Shown here piece after piece: positions 45,100 through 55,240 of a DNA stretch of 64,000 nucleotides (position 1 is the stretch's first letter; each line of letters starts with the position of its first letter). The DNA is from ANME-2 cluster archaeon (GTDB lineage Archaea > Halobacteriota > Methanosarcinia > Methanosarcinales > Methanocomedenaceae). The notes under the pieces were generated by a model that saw only the letters and a program-made list of their open reading frames with translations, was not told the DNA's origin and did no database searches. The translations under genes were made by a program, and so were the position numbers. The DNA lies in contig JAHYIS010000009.1 of the NCBI GenBank assembly GCA_019429385.1, forward strand, positions 1,611 to 65,610, given 5' to 3'.

Positions 45100-46572
45100 T
45101 TACATCACTCCTGGAATGATTTTACTGGCATATTCAAACACATTCATCACTGGTGCAGGATATACTCCGAAAAGTATTATCAGTAATACCAGTATTGCCA
45201 TTGGTATCATCTCGTAGACTGCCAGGTCATGAGGTTCACCAAGTTTTTCATTGTAACTGCCAAACATGGCTCGTTGCATCGCCCATAAGTGATATCCGGC
45301 TGTAGCCACAATACCCAACATTGCCAGGAGTGCAAATACAGGCAATGTTAGATAACTTCCTGTCAATACCAGGAACTCGGCAACAAAACCACTCATAGCC
45401 GGAAGTCCCAGTGAAGCCATAAATCCGGCCATCATCAGGAAAGCAAGTTTAGGCATCCTGTCTGCTAATCCACCCAGTTCAGAGATCTTCCGGGTATGCA
45501 CAGTGTGCTGTATAACACCAACACTCATGAAAAGCACGGCAGTGATCAATCCATGACTGAATTGCTGGAACATGGCACCACTTACTGACATGAAATTGAA
45601 TGCGGCTGCACCCAGCATAACATATCCCATATGGGCTACACTGCTGTATGCCACCATCTTTTTCATGTCCTTCTGCGCAAGTGCCAAAAATGTTGCATAC
45701 AATATGCTTACCACAGCCAGCACCGCCATTAGAGTGATTATATCTGAGCGATATTGTCCCAGACCATTAATCATCGGCAATAGTACCCTGAAAAGACCGT
45801 ATCCGCCCATCTTGAGCAACACGCCGGCAAGCAGTACACTGCCTGCTGTTGGTGCCTCAACATGGGCATCTGGCAACCAGGTATGGAATGGAACAGTGGG
45901 CATCTTGACCAAAAACCCAAAGAACAGGGCAAGGAAGATGGCAACTCTCATTTCAGGAGATGCTATATCTGCAAATGCCTGTAACAACACTGGTATCTCA
46001 AAGGTATTTACACCAGTACTGAAATACAAGGCAAATATACCCAGTAACATCACAAGACTGGCAACATGGGTGTAAATAAAGAATTTAATGGCTGCATAAT
46101 CCTTGTTAGGACCACCCCAGATACTTATCAGGAAGTATAGCGGTATCAATGTCAGTTCCCAGAATATGTAGAACAGGAAGAAATCAAGGGCCATGAACAC
46201 CCCGAACACTCCAGCCTGCAGTACTAGTATCAAAGCAAAGAACTGGTTCGGTTGTTTATTCTCTCCCCATGCATAAATTACAGTCAATGGACAGAGTATT
46301 GCATTTAACAGTATCAGCGGCATACTGACTCCGTCAGCACCAAGATAATAATTTATTCCCAAACTGCTTATCCAACTGATCTTTTCCACGAACTGGAATT
46401 TCAGGAAGGCCAGACCGGAATTGAACTGGAGATATATCATTACTGTAAGTACCAAAGGTACTGCTGAAGCAATTAACGCTATCATCCTTGCTGATTCACG
46501 GGTTTTGGTGAAAAGTGTAATTGCTGCACCTATGAGTGGGATGAACAATATTAATGAAAGCACGCTATCCAT
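45100..46572 (-). CDS. fpoM: F420H2 dehydrogenase / complex I subunit M
   Basis: 490-aa antiporter-like subunit. VPFHTWLPDAHVEAPTAGSVLLAGVLLKMGGYG is the NuoM signature region. Confidence 0.85.
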   Translation of the reverse strand: MDSVLSLILFIPLIGAAITLFTKTRESARMIALIASAVPLVLTVMIYLQFNSGLAFLKFQFVEKISWISSLGINYYLGADGVSMPLILLNAILCPLTVIYAWGENKQPNQFFALILVLQAGVFGVFMALDFFLFYIFWELTLIPLYFLISIWGGPNKDYAAIKFFIYTHVASLVMLLGIFALYFSTGVNTFEIPVLLQAFADIASPEMRVAIFLALFFGFLVKMPTVPFHTWLPDAHVEAPTAGSVLLAGVLLKMGGYGLFRVLLPMINGLGQYRSDIITLMAVLAVVSILYATFLALAQKDMKKMVAYSSVAHMGYVMLGAAAFNFMSVSGAMFQQFSHGLITAVLFMSVGVIQHTVHTRKISELGGLADRMPKLAFLMMAGFMASLGLPAMSGFVAEFLVLTGSYLTLPVFALLAMLGIVATAGYHLWAMQRAMFGSYNEKLGEPHDLAVYEMIPMAILVLLIILFGVYPAPVMNVFEYASKIIPGVM

Positions 46573-46573
46573 C

Positions 46574-48616
46574 TTAAATCACTCCAAATGTTAATACCAA
46601 AGCTAACAAAGCAACCCCTAAAATCGTTGCAGTGGCATAGTTCTGCACGACACCTGTTTGTATCTTTTTCAAGACTTCTGCTCCTCCTATGATAAACGAA
46701 CTGATGCCATCAATGATACCATCCACGATCTTACGGTCACTGAACTCACCTGTCAATGCAAGTACACCATAGGTAAACTTCAGGGATATCAGTTCAATGA
46801 ATATCTCGTGCTGGTAATATCGTTTGGCAAGTATCCTGTAAAGTGGATTTCGCATATTCCCTATGGATGCTACACTGAACATCCGTTTGTGGTATATGGC
46901 CCAGGATATTGCTAATCCAAGTAACCCGGCAATAACCGGCAGCATCATGATAAGTGTATCGTGTGCGAGTGTCAGATGTACGATCGGATTTTCAGGGATA
47001 TGATATCCGCCCCTCTCGGCAAGTCCGTGGATGTAACCGCTGGGATCTATCTCTTCAAAGAACTCATTCTCATAAGTAGTCTCAAGATAGTGGATGAACG
47101 GTGAGAAGGTAAGAGCACCGAATACCAGGGCCAATGCAGCCAGGATCATTAAAGGTACTGTCATAGTTGAAGGAGATTCATGTGCATGTCTTTCCTGACG
47201 GGGTTTTCCCGTAAAGGCCATGAACCATAGTCTGAATGTATATATAGACGTCAGCAATGCAGCGGCTACTCCAAAGAAAAATATCAAAGAGCCGTAAGCA
47301 CCACCAAAGTGTAAGTAGGAATACGCACCTTCAAGGATAATCGCATCTTTGCTGATAAAACCACTGGTACCGAGCTTTATGGCACCGATACTTACGGGAA
47401 TACCTATACCCGCCAATGCGAGCGAAGAAATCAACATAGTAATGGCTGTGATCTTCATTTTACCATACAGACCACCCATCTCACGCAGGTCATTGGTTCC
47501 CACTGCATGAATGACACTACCGGCACACAGGAACAAACATGCCTTGAAGAAAGCATGGTTGATCAGATGGAACATGGCGAAGCCTACTGCTTCGGCACCG
47601 ATTATAGCACCGACACCCAATCCCATCATCATATAACCCAATTGGCTGATCGTGGAAAATGCCAGCACCCGTTTGATATCATTCATCACCAGTCCCATAG
47701 TGGATGCGAACAGGGCCGTGAACCCGCCAATCAATGCAACAATGATAAGTGATTCAGGTGCTGCAATGAACATTGGGAACGTCCTGGCAACAAGATATAC
47801 ACCAGCCGTTACCATTGTGGCCGCATGGATCAAGGCCGAAACGGTTGTCGGGCCTTCCATGGCATCCGGCAGCCATACATGGAGCGGGAACTGCCCGCTC
47901 TTGCCCACAGCACCACCAAAGAACAACAATGTGATGATAGTTAGCTGGTCTGTTGGTATAAGCGTTAAATGTGCAAATATTGTCTTGAACTGGAGCAGGT
48001 ACACAGTCCCGTGACTACCAACTTCGGGAAGTACGTGCGTGTACATGTTGAAATATAATATCACAATACCTGCCAGGAACAGTACATCACCCACCCGGGT
48101 TGTTAAAAATGCCTTCTTGGCTGCAGCTGCAGCCGAAGGTTTGCGGAACCAGAACCCGATGAGGAGATACGAACACAGACCTACCAGTTCCCAGGCAATG
48201 AAGAACTGGAGGATATTGTCAGCCAGGACTACACCAAGCATGGCAGCTGTGAAAAGTGCCGTTTCTGCGAAATACCTGGTCTGACCAGGATCATGTGACA
48301 TGTAACCCAGGGCATATATGTGAATAAGCAAACTTACGAACGTAACCATCATCAACATCACAATAGCCAGCGGGTCAATGAAAATGCCAACATTCAGCAC
48401 GCTGAACCAGTGAGCTGATTGTTCTACGGTTCCATGTTCTGGATATATCTGCAAAAATATTAGTACAGATATGATAAATGACAGTGCAATTGCTACTATT
48501 GGTATGTGTCCACCGCCATGGGGCATTTTTTTGCCAAAGGCAAGGGTAAGAACAAAGGCAAGTACTGGCAAGCCCGGAATTAAGAATGCTAAAGAACCAA
48601 AATCCATATTTACCAC
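46574..48616 (-). CDS. fpoL: F420H2 dehydrogenase / complex I subunit L
   Basis: 680-aa antiporter-like subunit with a long C-terminal extension. FPLHVWLPDAMEGPTTVSALIHAATMVTAGVY. Confidence 0.85.
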   Translation of the reverse strand: MVNMDFGSLAFLIPGLPVLAFVLTLAFGKKMPHGGGHIPIVAIALSFIISVLIFLQIYPEHGTVEQSAHWFSVLNVGIFIDPLAIVMLMMVTFVSLLIHIYALGYMSHDPGQTRYFAETALFTAAMLGVVLADNILQFFIAWELVGLCSYLLIGFWFRKPSAAAAAKKAFLTTRVGDVLFLAGIVILYFNMYTHVLPEVGSHGTVYLLQFKTIFAHLTLIPTDQLTIITLLFFGGAVGKSGQFPLHVWLPDAMEGPTTVSALIHAATMVTAGVYLVARTFPMFIAAPESLIIVALIGGFTALFASTMGLVMNDIKRVLAFSTISQLGYMMMGLGVGAIIGAEAVGFAMFHLINHAFFKACLFLCAGSVIHAVGTNDLREMGGLYGKMKITAITMLISSLALAGIGIPVSIGAIKLGTSGFISKDAIILEGAYSYLHFGGAYGSLIFFFGVAAALLTSIYTFRLWFMAFTGKPRQERHAHESPSTMTVPLMILAALALVFGALTFSPFIHYLETTYENEFFEEIDPSGYIHGLAERGGYHIPENPIVHLTLAHDTLIMMLPVIAGLLGLAISWAIYHKRMFSVASIGNMRNPLYRILAKRYYQHEIFIELISLKFTYGVLALTGEFSDRKIVDGIIDGISSFIIGGAEVLKKIQTGVVQNYATATILGVALLALVLTFGVI

Positions 48617-48912
48617 CTCAAAATATTGATGTTGTCAATATTGACATTGCCCCTGGACCGGAAGATGTTCATCAGTATTGCGAATCCTATTGCCGCTTCA
48701 GCCGCTGCCAGCGCAATGCTGAACAGTACAAAAACATGACCGTTGACCTGGCTGAAATGTGCTGAAAATGCTACCAGGTTGATGTTTGCTGCATTGAGCA
48801 TCAGCTCAACACACATCATGATCATGATTCCTGAACGCAGTGTCATTACACCATAGACCCCAATGCTGAAGACTATAGCAGAAACAATGAGATAATAACT
48901 AACCGGTAACAT
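48610..48912 (-). CDS. fpoK: F420H2 dehydrogenase / complex I subunit K
   Basis: 100 aa, 3 TM, NuoK pattern (MCVELMLNAANINLVAFS...AAAEAAIGFAIL). Confidence 0.85.
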   Translation of the reverse strand: MLPVSYYLIVSAIVFSIGVYGVMTLRSGIMIMMCVELMLNAANINLVAFSAHFSQVNGHVFVLFSIALAAAEAAIGFAILMNIFRSRGNVNIDNINILRW

Positions 48913-49202
48913 TACTCCTCCTCCTTTTTGGCCATGTAAATACTCCCTAACAACGCCGCTAACAGGACAAGCGAAAGAACCTCAAAGGGAATCACATATT
49001 GGGTGAACAAAAGGCTTCCAACATGTTCAACCGCACTTGGGTCCTTTGAGCCGTCATTCCAAATAGTAAAATCAATGGATTTGGCATCACCCCAGGAATT
49101 GGATGCAGAAGCACTCAATATGGCGAGTACAAATGCTGCAACCAGAAGAAGTGCAGTCGCCAGGTTAATAATATTTCCAACTTTACCCGATAATTGTTCC
49201 AT
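48912..49202 (-). CDS. fpoJ: F420H2 dehydrogenase / complex I subunit J, C-terminal part
   Basis: 96 aa ending with the NuoJ C-terminal pattern VGSLLFTQYVIPFEVLSLVLLAALLGSI. It has its own ATG 2 nt after the upstream stop, with GGAGGTG inside the upstream gene end. Confidence 0.75.
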   Translation of the reverse strand: MEQLSGKVGNIINLATALLLVAAFVLAILSASASNSWGDAKSIDFTIWNDGSKDPSAVEHVGSLLFTQYVIPFEVLSLVLLAALLGSIYMAKKEEE

Positions 49203-49204
49203 CT

Positions 49205-49462
49205 TTAGTCCACCTCCTGTCCTCTGTTGGTAAGCATCACTGCAAACAAGATCATCACGCCAATAGCTCCAACATATACCAAAATCTGTACAACAGCTAT
49301 GAACTGCGCGCTAAGCAGTACATAGAACCCTGCTGCACTCATCATAGCTATAATGCAATGAAAAGCGCTGTGAACAACTTCCTTTGATCTAACCACCATA
49401 ATGGATGAACCAATCATGATCATTGATATTATCGCGAAAGGTATTATTTGAAGATCTATCAT
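49205..49462 (-). CDS. fpoJ: F420H2 dehydrogenase / complex I subunit J, N-terminal part
   Basis: 85 aa with the NuoJ N-terminal pattern (VHSAFHCIIAMMSAAGFYVLLSAQFIAVVQILVYVGAIGVMILF). Confidence 0.75.
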   Translation of the reverse strand: MIDLQIIPFAIISMIMIGSSIMVVRSKEVVHSAFHCIIAMMSAAGFYVLLSAQFIAVVQILVYVGAIGVMILFAVMLTNRGQEVD

Positions 49463-49854
49463 TTCTTATATCCCCCGGTCCTTCCTTCAAGTTCAGCTTT
49501 ATTTGGAGCTGCGAGTTGATCTGGACTGTAGATCGTCTCTGCCCTGGTCCAACAGGCCAATTCGAAATGTTTTGTCATAGACAGTGCCCCGTTTGGACAA
49601 AATTCAACACATAATCCGCAGAACATGCAATGCCCGTTATCAAATTGTGGATACCATTTCCCGGATTTTACAATCTCAATGACATCATTGGGACACATCT
49701 GGGAACATATGCCACAACCCACACATTTATCCTTATCCAGATGTTGCTGCCCCCTGAATGCATCAGGAAGTTCCATAATCTCTTCCGGGTACAGTCTCGT
49801 TACAGATTTTGTATATACATTGCGAAGTGTCAAATATAAATTTTTCAGTACCAT
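49459..49854 (-). CDS. fpoI: F420H2 dehydrogenase / complex I subunit I (2x[4Fe-4S])
   Basis: CVGCGICSQMCP and CMFCGLCVEFCP ferredoxin motifs. 131 aa. Confidence 0.85.
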   Translation of the reverse strand: MVLKNLYLTLRNVYTKSVTRLYPEEIMELPDAFRGQQHLDKDKCVGCGICSQMCPNDVIEIVKSGKWYPQFDNGHCMFCGLCVEFCPNGALSMTKHFELACWTRAETIYSPDQLAAPNKAELEGRTGGYKK

Positions 49855-49867
49855 CTCTTTCCCCTCC

Positions 49868-50932
49868 TCAGGCCCACATTAATCCAATGATAGTTGACCA
49901 CACCAGATTTAGCAATGCAAGTGGGATCAATACTTTCCAGCCGATGTCACTTACCTGGTCGATCCTTAACCTGGGTAATGCACCACGTATCCATATCATG
50001 ATCATGATCACAACAATTGTCTTAATAAGCACCCAGAAGATACCGGGAATCCACAAATTACCGATAATCGGGAGTCCATTCCATCCCCCCAGGAATATCA
50101 GGCTTACCACAAATGCGCCAACCACTGCATGGAAATATTCAGCAAAGAATGCCAGACCCCATCTCATACCACTATATTCCGTAGCCCACCCTGCAATGAG
50201 TTCTTCCTCTGCTTCTGTCTGGTCAAATGGTATTCGTCCCACATCAGCCAGCAAGGCGATGCCAAATACGATAAATCCCAATGGCTGTAAAATAAGGAAC
50301 CATAAACTTGACTGGGCTTCCACGATCTCAACAATATCCAGCGAATGTGCCATCACTGCCACACTGATAATTGAAATACCTAAGGGAACTTCATACCCGA
50401 TCATCTTTGCAATGTTCCTGAATCCTGCAAGCAACGAATATTTACTGCCTGAACCCCAGCCTGCCATAAATATACCAAAAATTGCCAATCCTGAAACCGC
50501 TTCCAGATAAAGAATACTGACATCCATTCGGGATACAGCTACAGCATATTCATTCCCTTTGATCATAAGGAGGTCAAAAGGGATTACTGCCACCATTAAA
50601 AAACCGGACGTAAGTGCGACAATTGGGGCACCGATAAATAACCATTTATCTGCATTGGCAGGTATAACATCTTCTTTCGTGAATAGTTTGATGGCATCAG
50701 CGATCAGCTGTAATAAACCGAACCGGCCCCCAACACGGTTCGGTCCGATCCTGGATTGGATATCTCCCAGGAATTTTCGCTCAAGATATACCATTAAAAG
50801 CGCTCCTCCAAATACACATCCGATCACAACTCCACCAAGTAAGCCCCTAACCCAGGGTGATAATTCCCAGGTTGAAAAGAACCAGACAAGAAAATTCATA
50901 ATTCCCTCATATATTTCAACAAATATTCCCAT
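49868..50932 (-). CDS. fpoH: F420H2 dehydrogenase / complex I subunit H
   Basis: NuoH pattern (ERKFLGDIQSRIGPNRVG, EEELIAGWATEYSGMRW). The ATG at 50932 has GGAGGTG upstream and avoids overlap with fpoD. Confidence 0.85.
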   Translation of the reverse strand: MGIFVEIYEGIMNFLVWFFSTWELSPWVRGLLGGVVIGCVFGGALLMVYLERKFLGDIQSRIGPNRVGGRFGLLQLIADAIKLFTKEDVIPANADKWLFIGAPIVALTSGFLMVAVIPFDLLMIKGNEYAVAVSRMDVSILYLEAVSGLAIFGIFMAGWGSGSKYSLLAGFRNIAKMIGYEVPLGISIISVAVMAHSLDIVEIVEAQSSLWFLILQPLGFIVFGIALLADVGRIPFDQTEAEEELIAGWATEYSGMRWGLAFFAEYFHAVVGAFVVSLIFLGGWNGLPIIGNLWIPGIFWVLIKTIVVIMIMIWIRGALPRLRIDQVSDIGWKVLIPLALLNLVWSTIIGLMWA

Positions 50933-50945
50933 ACTATCCCACCTC

Positions 50946-52076
50946 CTACCTGTCGACCTCACTGGTACATGAATCCATACTCGCAGCTATTGCTGCCACA
51001 TCTGCCACATATGTTCCCACCAATAATGGGGGAAGTGCCTGTGCCGTAGCAAATGCGGGACCCCTGATTCTGAATCGATATGGTTTATCTGAACCATCTG
51101 AAATAATATACATTCCCATCTCTCCCCTTGGATCTTCAGTACGACTATACACCTCTCCCGGTTTGGGCCGTGTAATATAAGGCATTACATCCTGCTTGTA
51201 TTTGCCAGAAGGCATCTGGTCCAGAACCTGCTCAATAATGTAGATGCTCTCAAGGATTTCCAACAGTCTTACTTTGACACGAGAAAATACATCGCCATCA
51301 GTCTGGGTGATCACATTGAAATCAAGTTCATCGTATACCAAATATGGCTCGACCCGCCTCAGATCATATTCCACACCTGACGCTCTCAAAGGTGGTCCTG
51401 CCACTCCAAGTTCTTTTGCTTGCTTGGCAGTTAATACTCCCACACCTTTTGTCCTCTTGAGATAAATAGAATCACTGGACAACATCCCATCGTGGGATTT
51501 GATCATCTTCTTCAACTCGCCCAGGGTTTTTAATGCCATCTCTTTATAACCCGGTGGAAGGTCATTTGCCACTCCGCCAAACCGTGCATAATTATGGTTC
51601 AACCTTGAGCCTGTAATAGCTTCCAGCAGAGATACGACTCCTTCCCTCTCCCGTACCATATAAATGAACATGGTCAAAAAGCCCACATCTGTTGTATATT
51701 CACCTATTCCCAACAGATGGCTCTGTATCCTGCAAAGCTCATTGGTCAATACCCTGAGATATTTTGCACGGTCTGTAGGTTCTATACCCAGTAATTCCTC
51801 TACACCCCGACAATATACATCATTATTGGAATTAGAGGCAAGGTAACATATCCTATCACTAAGTGGCAGGATCTGGATATATGTCCTGTCTTCAAACACC
51901 TTTTCCATACCTTTATGGATATACCCGATCTTGAGTTCGGCCTCTCGTATGGTCTCACCCTCTATCTTCAGGTCAAGCAAAAAAGGACCTGGTTGCAGCG
52001 GATGCTGTGGTCCAAGATGCAAGAGAATTTCAGACGGCCTGGGTGGGGAAGTAATTTGAGTTGATTCATGCGTCAT
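50946..52076 (-). CDS. fpoD: F420H2 dehydrogenase / complex I subunit D
   Basis: 376 aa. LHLGPQHPLQPGPF, IGYIHKGMEK, DRICY, C-terminal DSCTSEVDR: NuoD / NiFe-hydrogenase large-subunit-like. Confidence 0.9.
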   Translation of the reverse strand: MTHESTQITSPPRPSEILLHLGPQHPLQPGPFLLDLKIEGETIREAELKIGYIHKGMEKVFEDRTYIQILPLSDRICYLASNSNNDVYCRGVEELLGIEPTDRAKYLRVLTNELCRIQSHLLGIGEYTTDVGFLTMFIYMVREREGVVSLLEAITGSRLNHNYARFGGVANDLPPGYKEMALKTLGELKKMIKSHDGMLSSDSIYLKRTKGVGVLTAKQAKELGVAGPPLRASGVEYDLRRVEPYLVYDELDFNVITQTDGDVFSRVKVRLLEILESIYIIEQVLDQMPSGKYKQDVMPYITRPKPGEVYSRTEDPRGEMGMYIISDGSDKPYRFRIRGPAFATAQALPPLLVGTYVADVAAIAASMDSCTSEVDR

Positions 52077-52086
52077 TTTTCATCAC

Positions 52087-52569
52087 CTATGTTGGATTGG
52101 GATATCCTGCGTAATCTTTTCGCAGTGGCCATTCTCCTTCCATATCTTCCGGTAGTAATAAGACCTTCAAATAAGGACAATCATTAAATCGTATACCAAA
52201 AAGTTCGTACGTTTCCCGTTCATACCAATTTGCATTCCAGTAGATATCACAAAGTGAGTCGATCTTCGGATCATCCCTGGGTATTGAAGCTTTTAATGTT
52301 ATGACCAAAGGTCCGGAATATGATGTGATATGATATACCACTTCCATCTTATCAGGAGGATAATCCACACCTGATAAACAGGAAAGATGGTCAAACCCTT
52401 TGTCAAGTAAAAATTGCATGATCTCTTTAACCTTGCTTGAATCGATCCTGGCTACCGCCCTGTTAAGTGAGGGGACGTCCACACCGGACACTGCATTTGG
52501 GAACTTGTCAGATAATTCAATCATTATGGTTTTATCAATCATTTCTTTTACTGCTCCTTCTTCTCCCAT
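52087..52569 (-). CDS. fpoC: F420H2 dehydrogenase / complex I subunit C
   Basis: 160 aa. NuoC pattern NANWYERETYELFGIRF. Confidence 0.85.
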   Translation of the reverse strand: MGEEGAVKEMIDKTIMIELSDKFPNAVSGVDVPSLNRAVARIDSSKVKEIMQFLLDKGFDHLSCLSGVDYPPDKMEVVYHITSYSGPLVITLKASIPRDDPKIDSLCDIYWNANWYERETYELFGIRFNDCPYLKVLLLPEDMEGEWPLRKDYAGYPNPT

Positions 52570-52572
52570 ATG

Positions 52573-53136
52573 TTACACCCCTTTGTCTGCTGGATTTGGA
52601 ACTGCAGTCCTGTCCTGCTGTGCTTCGATCTTTTTCTGAAGCTGTATGAAACCCTCAAGAAGAGCTTCGGGTCTTGGCGGACACCCGGGAATGTAGATAT
52701 CCACCGGGAATATTTCATCCATATTGATAACAGTACTATATGATTCCCACCATGGGCCGCCGGAAATTGCACATTCTCCCATCATCAATATCCACTTAGG
52801 TTCCACCATCTGGTCCCATACTCTTTTCAATGCAGGTAGATATTTTTTGGTAACATAACCGCTTATCATCATCACATCAGCCTGTCTTGGGGATGCACGC
52901 GGGATGATACCGAACCTGTCAGTATCATAGTGTGCGACACCCACGCATATCTGTTCAATTCCACAGCAACCCATTGGATGGGTCATAAACCATAATGAAT
53001 TCTTTCGGCCCCAGTTTACCAGTTTTTGCAGGGGAGAACTCTTTATAAAATCATGTATTGCACTGGTAGTGGTGAATGCAACATTCGATGGCAGCTCGAT
53101 CTCTATTTCACCCACTGTAAAACCCCCTTCTTCCAT
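52573..53136 (-). CDS. fpoB: F420H2 dehydrogenase / complex I subunit B (N2 cluster subunit)
   Basis: MGCCGIE, GECAISGGPW and IPGCPPRPEA Cys ligand motifs. It overlaps the end of fpoA. Confidence 0.9.
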   Translation of the reverse strand: MEEGGFTVGEIEIELPSNVAFTTTSAIHDFIKSSPLQKLVNWGRKNSLWFMTHPMGCCGIEQICVGVAHYDTDRFGIIPRASPRQADVMMISGYVTKKYLPALKRVWDQMVEPKWILMMGECAISGGPWWESYSTVINMDEIFPVDIYIPGCPPRPEALLEGFIQLQKKIEAQQDRTAVPNPADKGV

Positions 53137-53498
53137 GCATAAACATATCCCAGAAACACAACCAGTAAGAATAAAAACATCTCAAACACAGCAAGCCCCG
53201 TACTGAACCCAAAAATAGCATCCTTTACCGTATTGTTCACATATATGGTTACCCATGGATACAAGAATAAGACCTCAACATCGAACAATACAAAAAGTAT
53301 CGCCAATGCATAATATTCAACATTGAACATAATGTTCGCACTACCAGTGGGCACAGAACCGCTTTCATATGTCGTGAACTTGGCCGGCGACCTGCTTCTT
53401 GGCGATAACTGCTTTACCATAAACATTATTGCCAGAGGAATCACTAACCCAAATAGTACGAAGATAGCTACAGGTATAAAAGTATCAATAATCTCCAT
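53103..53498 (-). CDS. fpoA: F420H2 dehydrogenase / complex I subunit A
   Basis: 131 aa, 3 TM. NuoA pattern YESGSVPTGSA...FDVEVLFLYPW. Confidence 0.85.
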   Translation of the reverse strand: MEIIDTFIPVAIFVLFGLVIPLAIMFMVKQLSPRSRSPAKFTTYESGSVPTGSANIMFNVEYYALAILFVLFDVEVLFLYPWVTIYVNNTVKDAIFGFSTGLAVFEMFLFLLVVFLGYVYAWKKGVLQWVK

Positions 53499-53533
53499 AT
53501 CATCACCTAAATGTCCTAACGAAGTTGAGTTAG

Positions 53534-53550
53534 ATTATATGTATAAAAAT
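53534..53550 (-). promoter_or_regulatory. candidate TATA box for the fpo operon
   Basis: The minus strand reads TTTTTATACATATAATC about 40-50 nt upstream of the fpoA ATG. An AGGTGAT RBS lies just before the ATG. Confidence 0.3.
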
Positions 53551-53659
53551 GTTATGAAATAATTTTCATTAGACCAAAGGCTAAACAAATCCCAAGTATG
53601 CCGATTATTGCATACAAATCACTTTGAATCCAACTCGGATTTAGATATAATTAAAAAGA

Positions 53660-53713
53660 TATTATAAAAAATAGGAAAACATAATAATTAAGCAGGTCAG
53701 CTCCCTGAGGAGC
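53660..53713 (-). terminator. hairpin plus T-rich tract after thi4
   Basis: GCTCC ctga GGAGC stem-loop (53700-53713), followed on the minus strand by TTATGTTTTCCTATTTTTT. Confidence 0.35.
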
Positions 53714-53732
53714 ATAACCTACCCTATACGAC

Positions 53733-54548
53733 CTATTGTATCGTTGCCAGAGGCTCGAGATCCAGTCTGTTAGATTCGAGCTGTTGAATTGCGATTTCAG
53801 CTACCCGCTTTCCTGATATCAGCATGCCACCAAAGGTCGGACCCATTCTGGGCAGGCCATGTACGGTGGCTACAGCCATTCCCGTGGCCAGCAATCCCGG
53901 ATATACCTCACCAGTATATTCTACAAGGAGATCCTCGCTGCGGCTTACCCACATACCGCCAAAACCTTTCATAGCTACCATACCCCTTTTCACCAGGCTG
54001 TTCACTACAATTGCATCATGCCCGGTTGCATCGATTACCAGTTTTGATTCCACTGCAACAGGGTCCACGCAGGTAATAGCCCTGGGAAGTGCACCCACAG
54101 GCGTCCAGTTGATGACTACTCCAGCCACGCGGCCTTCGCGCATGACAACATCATCCACCTTGGTCATGTTTATTATCTTTGCACCTGCATCGCAGGCAGC
54201 AGCTATCAGTTTGGAGCAGGCATGTGGTCCGTTTGCCATGAACAATCCGGGCTCAACTTCCTCGTATGGTACCCCTATCTCATCCAGCACGACCTGGCCG
54301 GGAGCCCGCACGGTCAGTTTGTTCATAAGGTAACCGCCTATCCAGAAACCGCCACCAAGATAGTTGTTAGATTCAAATATCACGACATTTTTTCCAGCAG
54401 ATGCCAGTTCTTTTGCTGCCACAAGACCGCTGGGGCCTCCACCAACGATCGCAACATCAGATTCGATAATGGTATTAAAATCCCTTGTAAATCCATTGAT
54501 TATTGCTCTCGTTACCTGTTTCTCATCTATATGGTCAAATTTTATCAT
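53733..54548 (-). CDS. thi4: thiazole synthase Thi4 (archaeal sulfide-dependent ADP-thiazole synthase type)
   Basis: [15 protein letters not shown] motif and the Thi4 body ([18 protein letters not shown]). The ATG at 54548 has GGTGAT 4 nt upstream. Confidence 0.85.
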   Translation of the reverse strand: MIKFDHIDEKQVTRAIINGFTRDFNTIIESDVAIVGGGPSGLVAAKELASAGKNVVIFESNNYLGGGFWIGGYLMNKLTVRAPGQVVLDEIGVPYEEVEPGLFMANGPHACSKLIAAACDAGAKIINMTKVDDVVMREGRVAGVVINWTPVGALPRAITCVDPVAVESKLVIDATGHDAIVVNSLVKRGMVAMKGFGGMWVSRSEDLLVEYTGEVYPGLLATGMAVATVHGLPRMGPTFGGMLISGKRVAEIAIQQLESNRLDLEPLATIQ

Positions 54549-54656
54549 AAAATCACCCGTGGTGCACAATCAGTTATAGTGAACAATGTTGGTTTGTTAA
54601 TTCACACCGTTAACTTATCCATTCAAACAATATATCCTTTTTGGAATCGAAAAATA

Positions 54657-55232
54657 TTAAAGTGGCCTGGTCTTTACAATGTCTGACTCGATATCATCCA
54701 TCTCATGAACGAAAGCACTGGCAATTTCCCCGGCCAGTCCCATTACGTCCATGATACCCAGCAAATCCAGACATGCTACCCTGACATCCGGTGGTGTACC
54801 CTCACACGAGATGTTCATACCAAAATGTACTTTTTCTGAAGAGATACCTGCTGTAGCTATGCTTACTGAAAGTTTACCTTTTTCAACAAACAGGTCATCG
54901 CCATTACGCTTTGATTCTATGCCATGCTGTGCTAAAACATCCTTTGCACACACAACAAGCATACGTTGTATGAAATATGCAAGCTTCATACTGGCAGGGG
55001 AATCAAAACGCTCCACGATAAAATGCAACAGGTCTCCACCCTTTATAGCCTTGTGGTTCTGCAGGTCTTCAAGGTCCTTTACATTAGCATCGGGAATGTC
55101 CATGGCTCCCCTGAATACCACGATACTGTTGCCAGGGATACCTATTGAATATGCCCATAACGGGTTTATCTGCGACCCGTCATAGTCCAGTGTTTTCGGT
55201 AATATCCGAACTGAAATAGAATTGGTTTCCAT
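54657..55232 (-). CDS. conserved archaeal hypothetical protein (possibly DUF366)
   Basis: 191-aa soluble ORF. The family recall is tentative. Confidence 0.45.
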   Translation of the reverse strand: METNSISVRILPKTLDYDGSQINPLWAYSIGIPGNSIVVFRGAMDIPDANVKDLEDLQNHKAIKGGDLLHFIVERFDSPASMKLAYFIQRMLVVCAKDVLAQHGIESKRNGDDLFVEKGKLSVSIATAGISSEKVHFGMNISCEGTPPDVRVACLDLLGIMDVMGLAGEIASAFVHEMDDIESDIVKTRPL

Positions 55233-55240
55233 AAAAAAAA

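Noticed and set aside
48912-49462. fpoJ as a frameshifted pseudogene
   Set aside because: Both parts are intact ORFs. The second has its own ATG 2 nt after the first stop, with a GGAGGTG RBS embedded in the upstream gene end, so a natural split is more likely.
43620-53498. Many long plus-strand ORFs across the fpo operon (e.g. 49809..50510, 45572..46075, 47652..48014, 50559..50972)
   Set aside because: These are shadow ORFs antisense to strongly supported membrane-subunit genes. Their Ser/Pro/Thr/Ile-rich composition is typical of antisense frames. The same reasoning applies to 6407..7054, 10571..11320, 24601..25317, 33846..34481 and 56441..57256.
54549-54656. TPP riboswitch upstream of thi4
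   Set aside because: I read the 5' region on the minus strand and found no CUGAGA/ACCUGA-type conserved TPP aptamer elements or plausible P1-P5 pairing.
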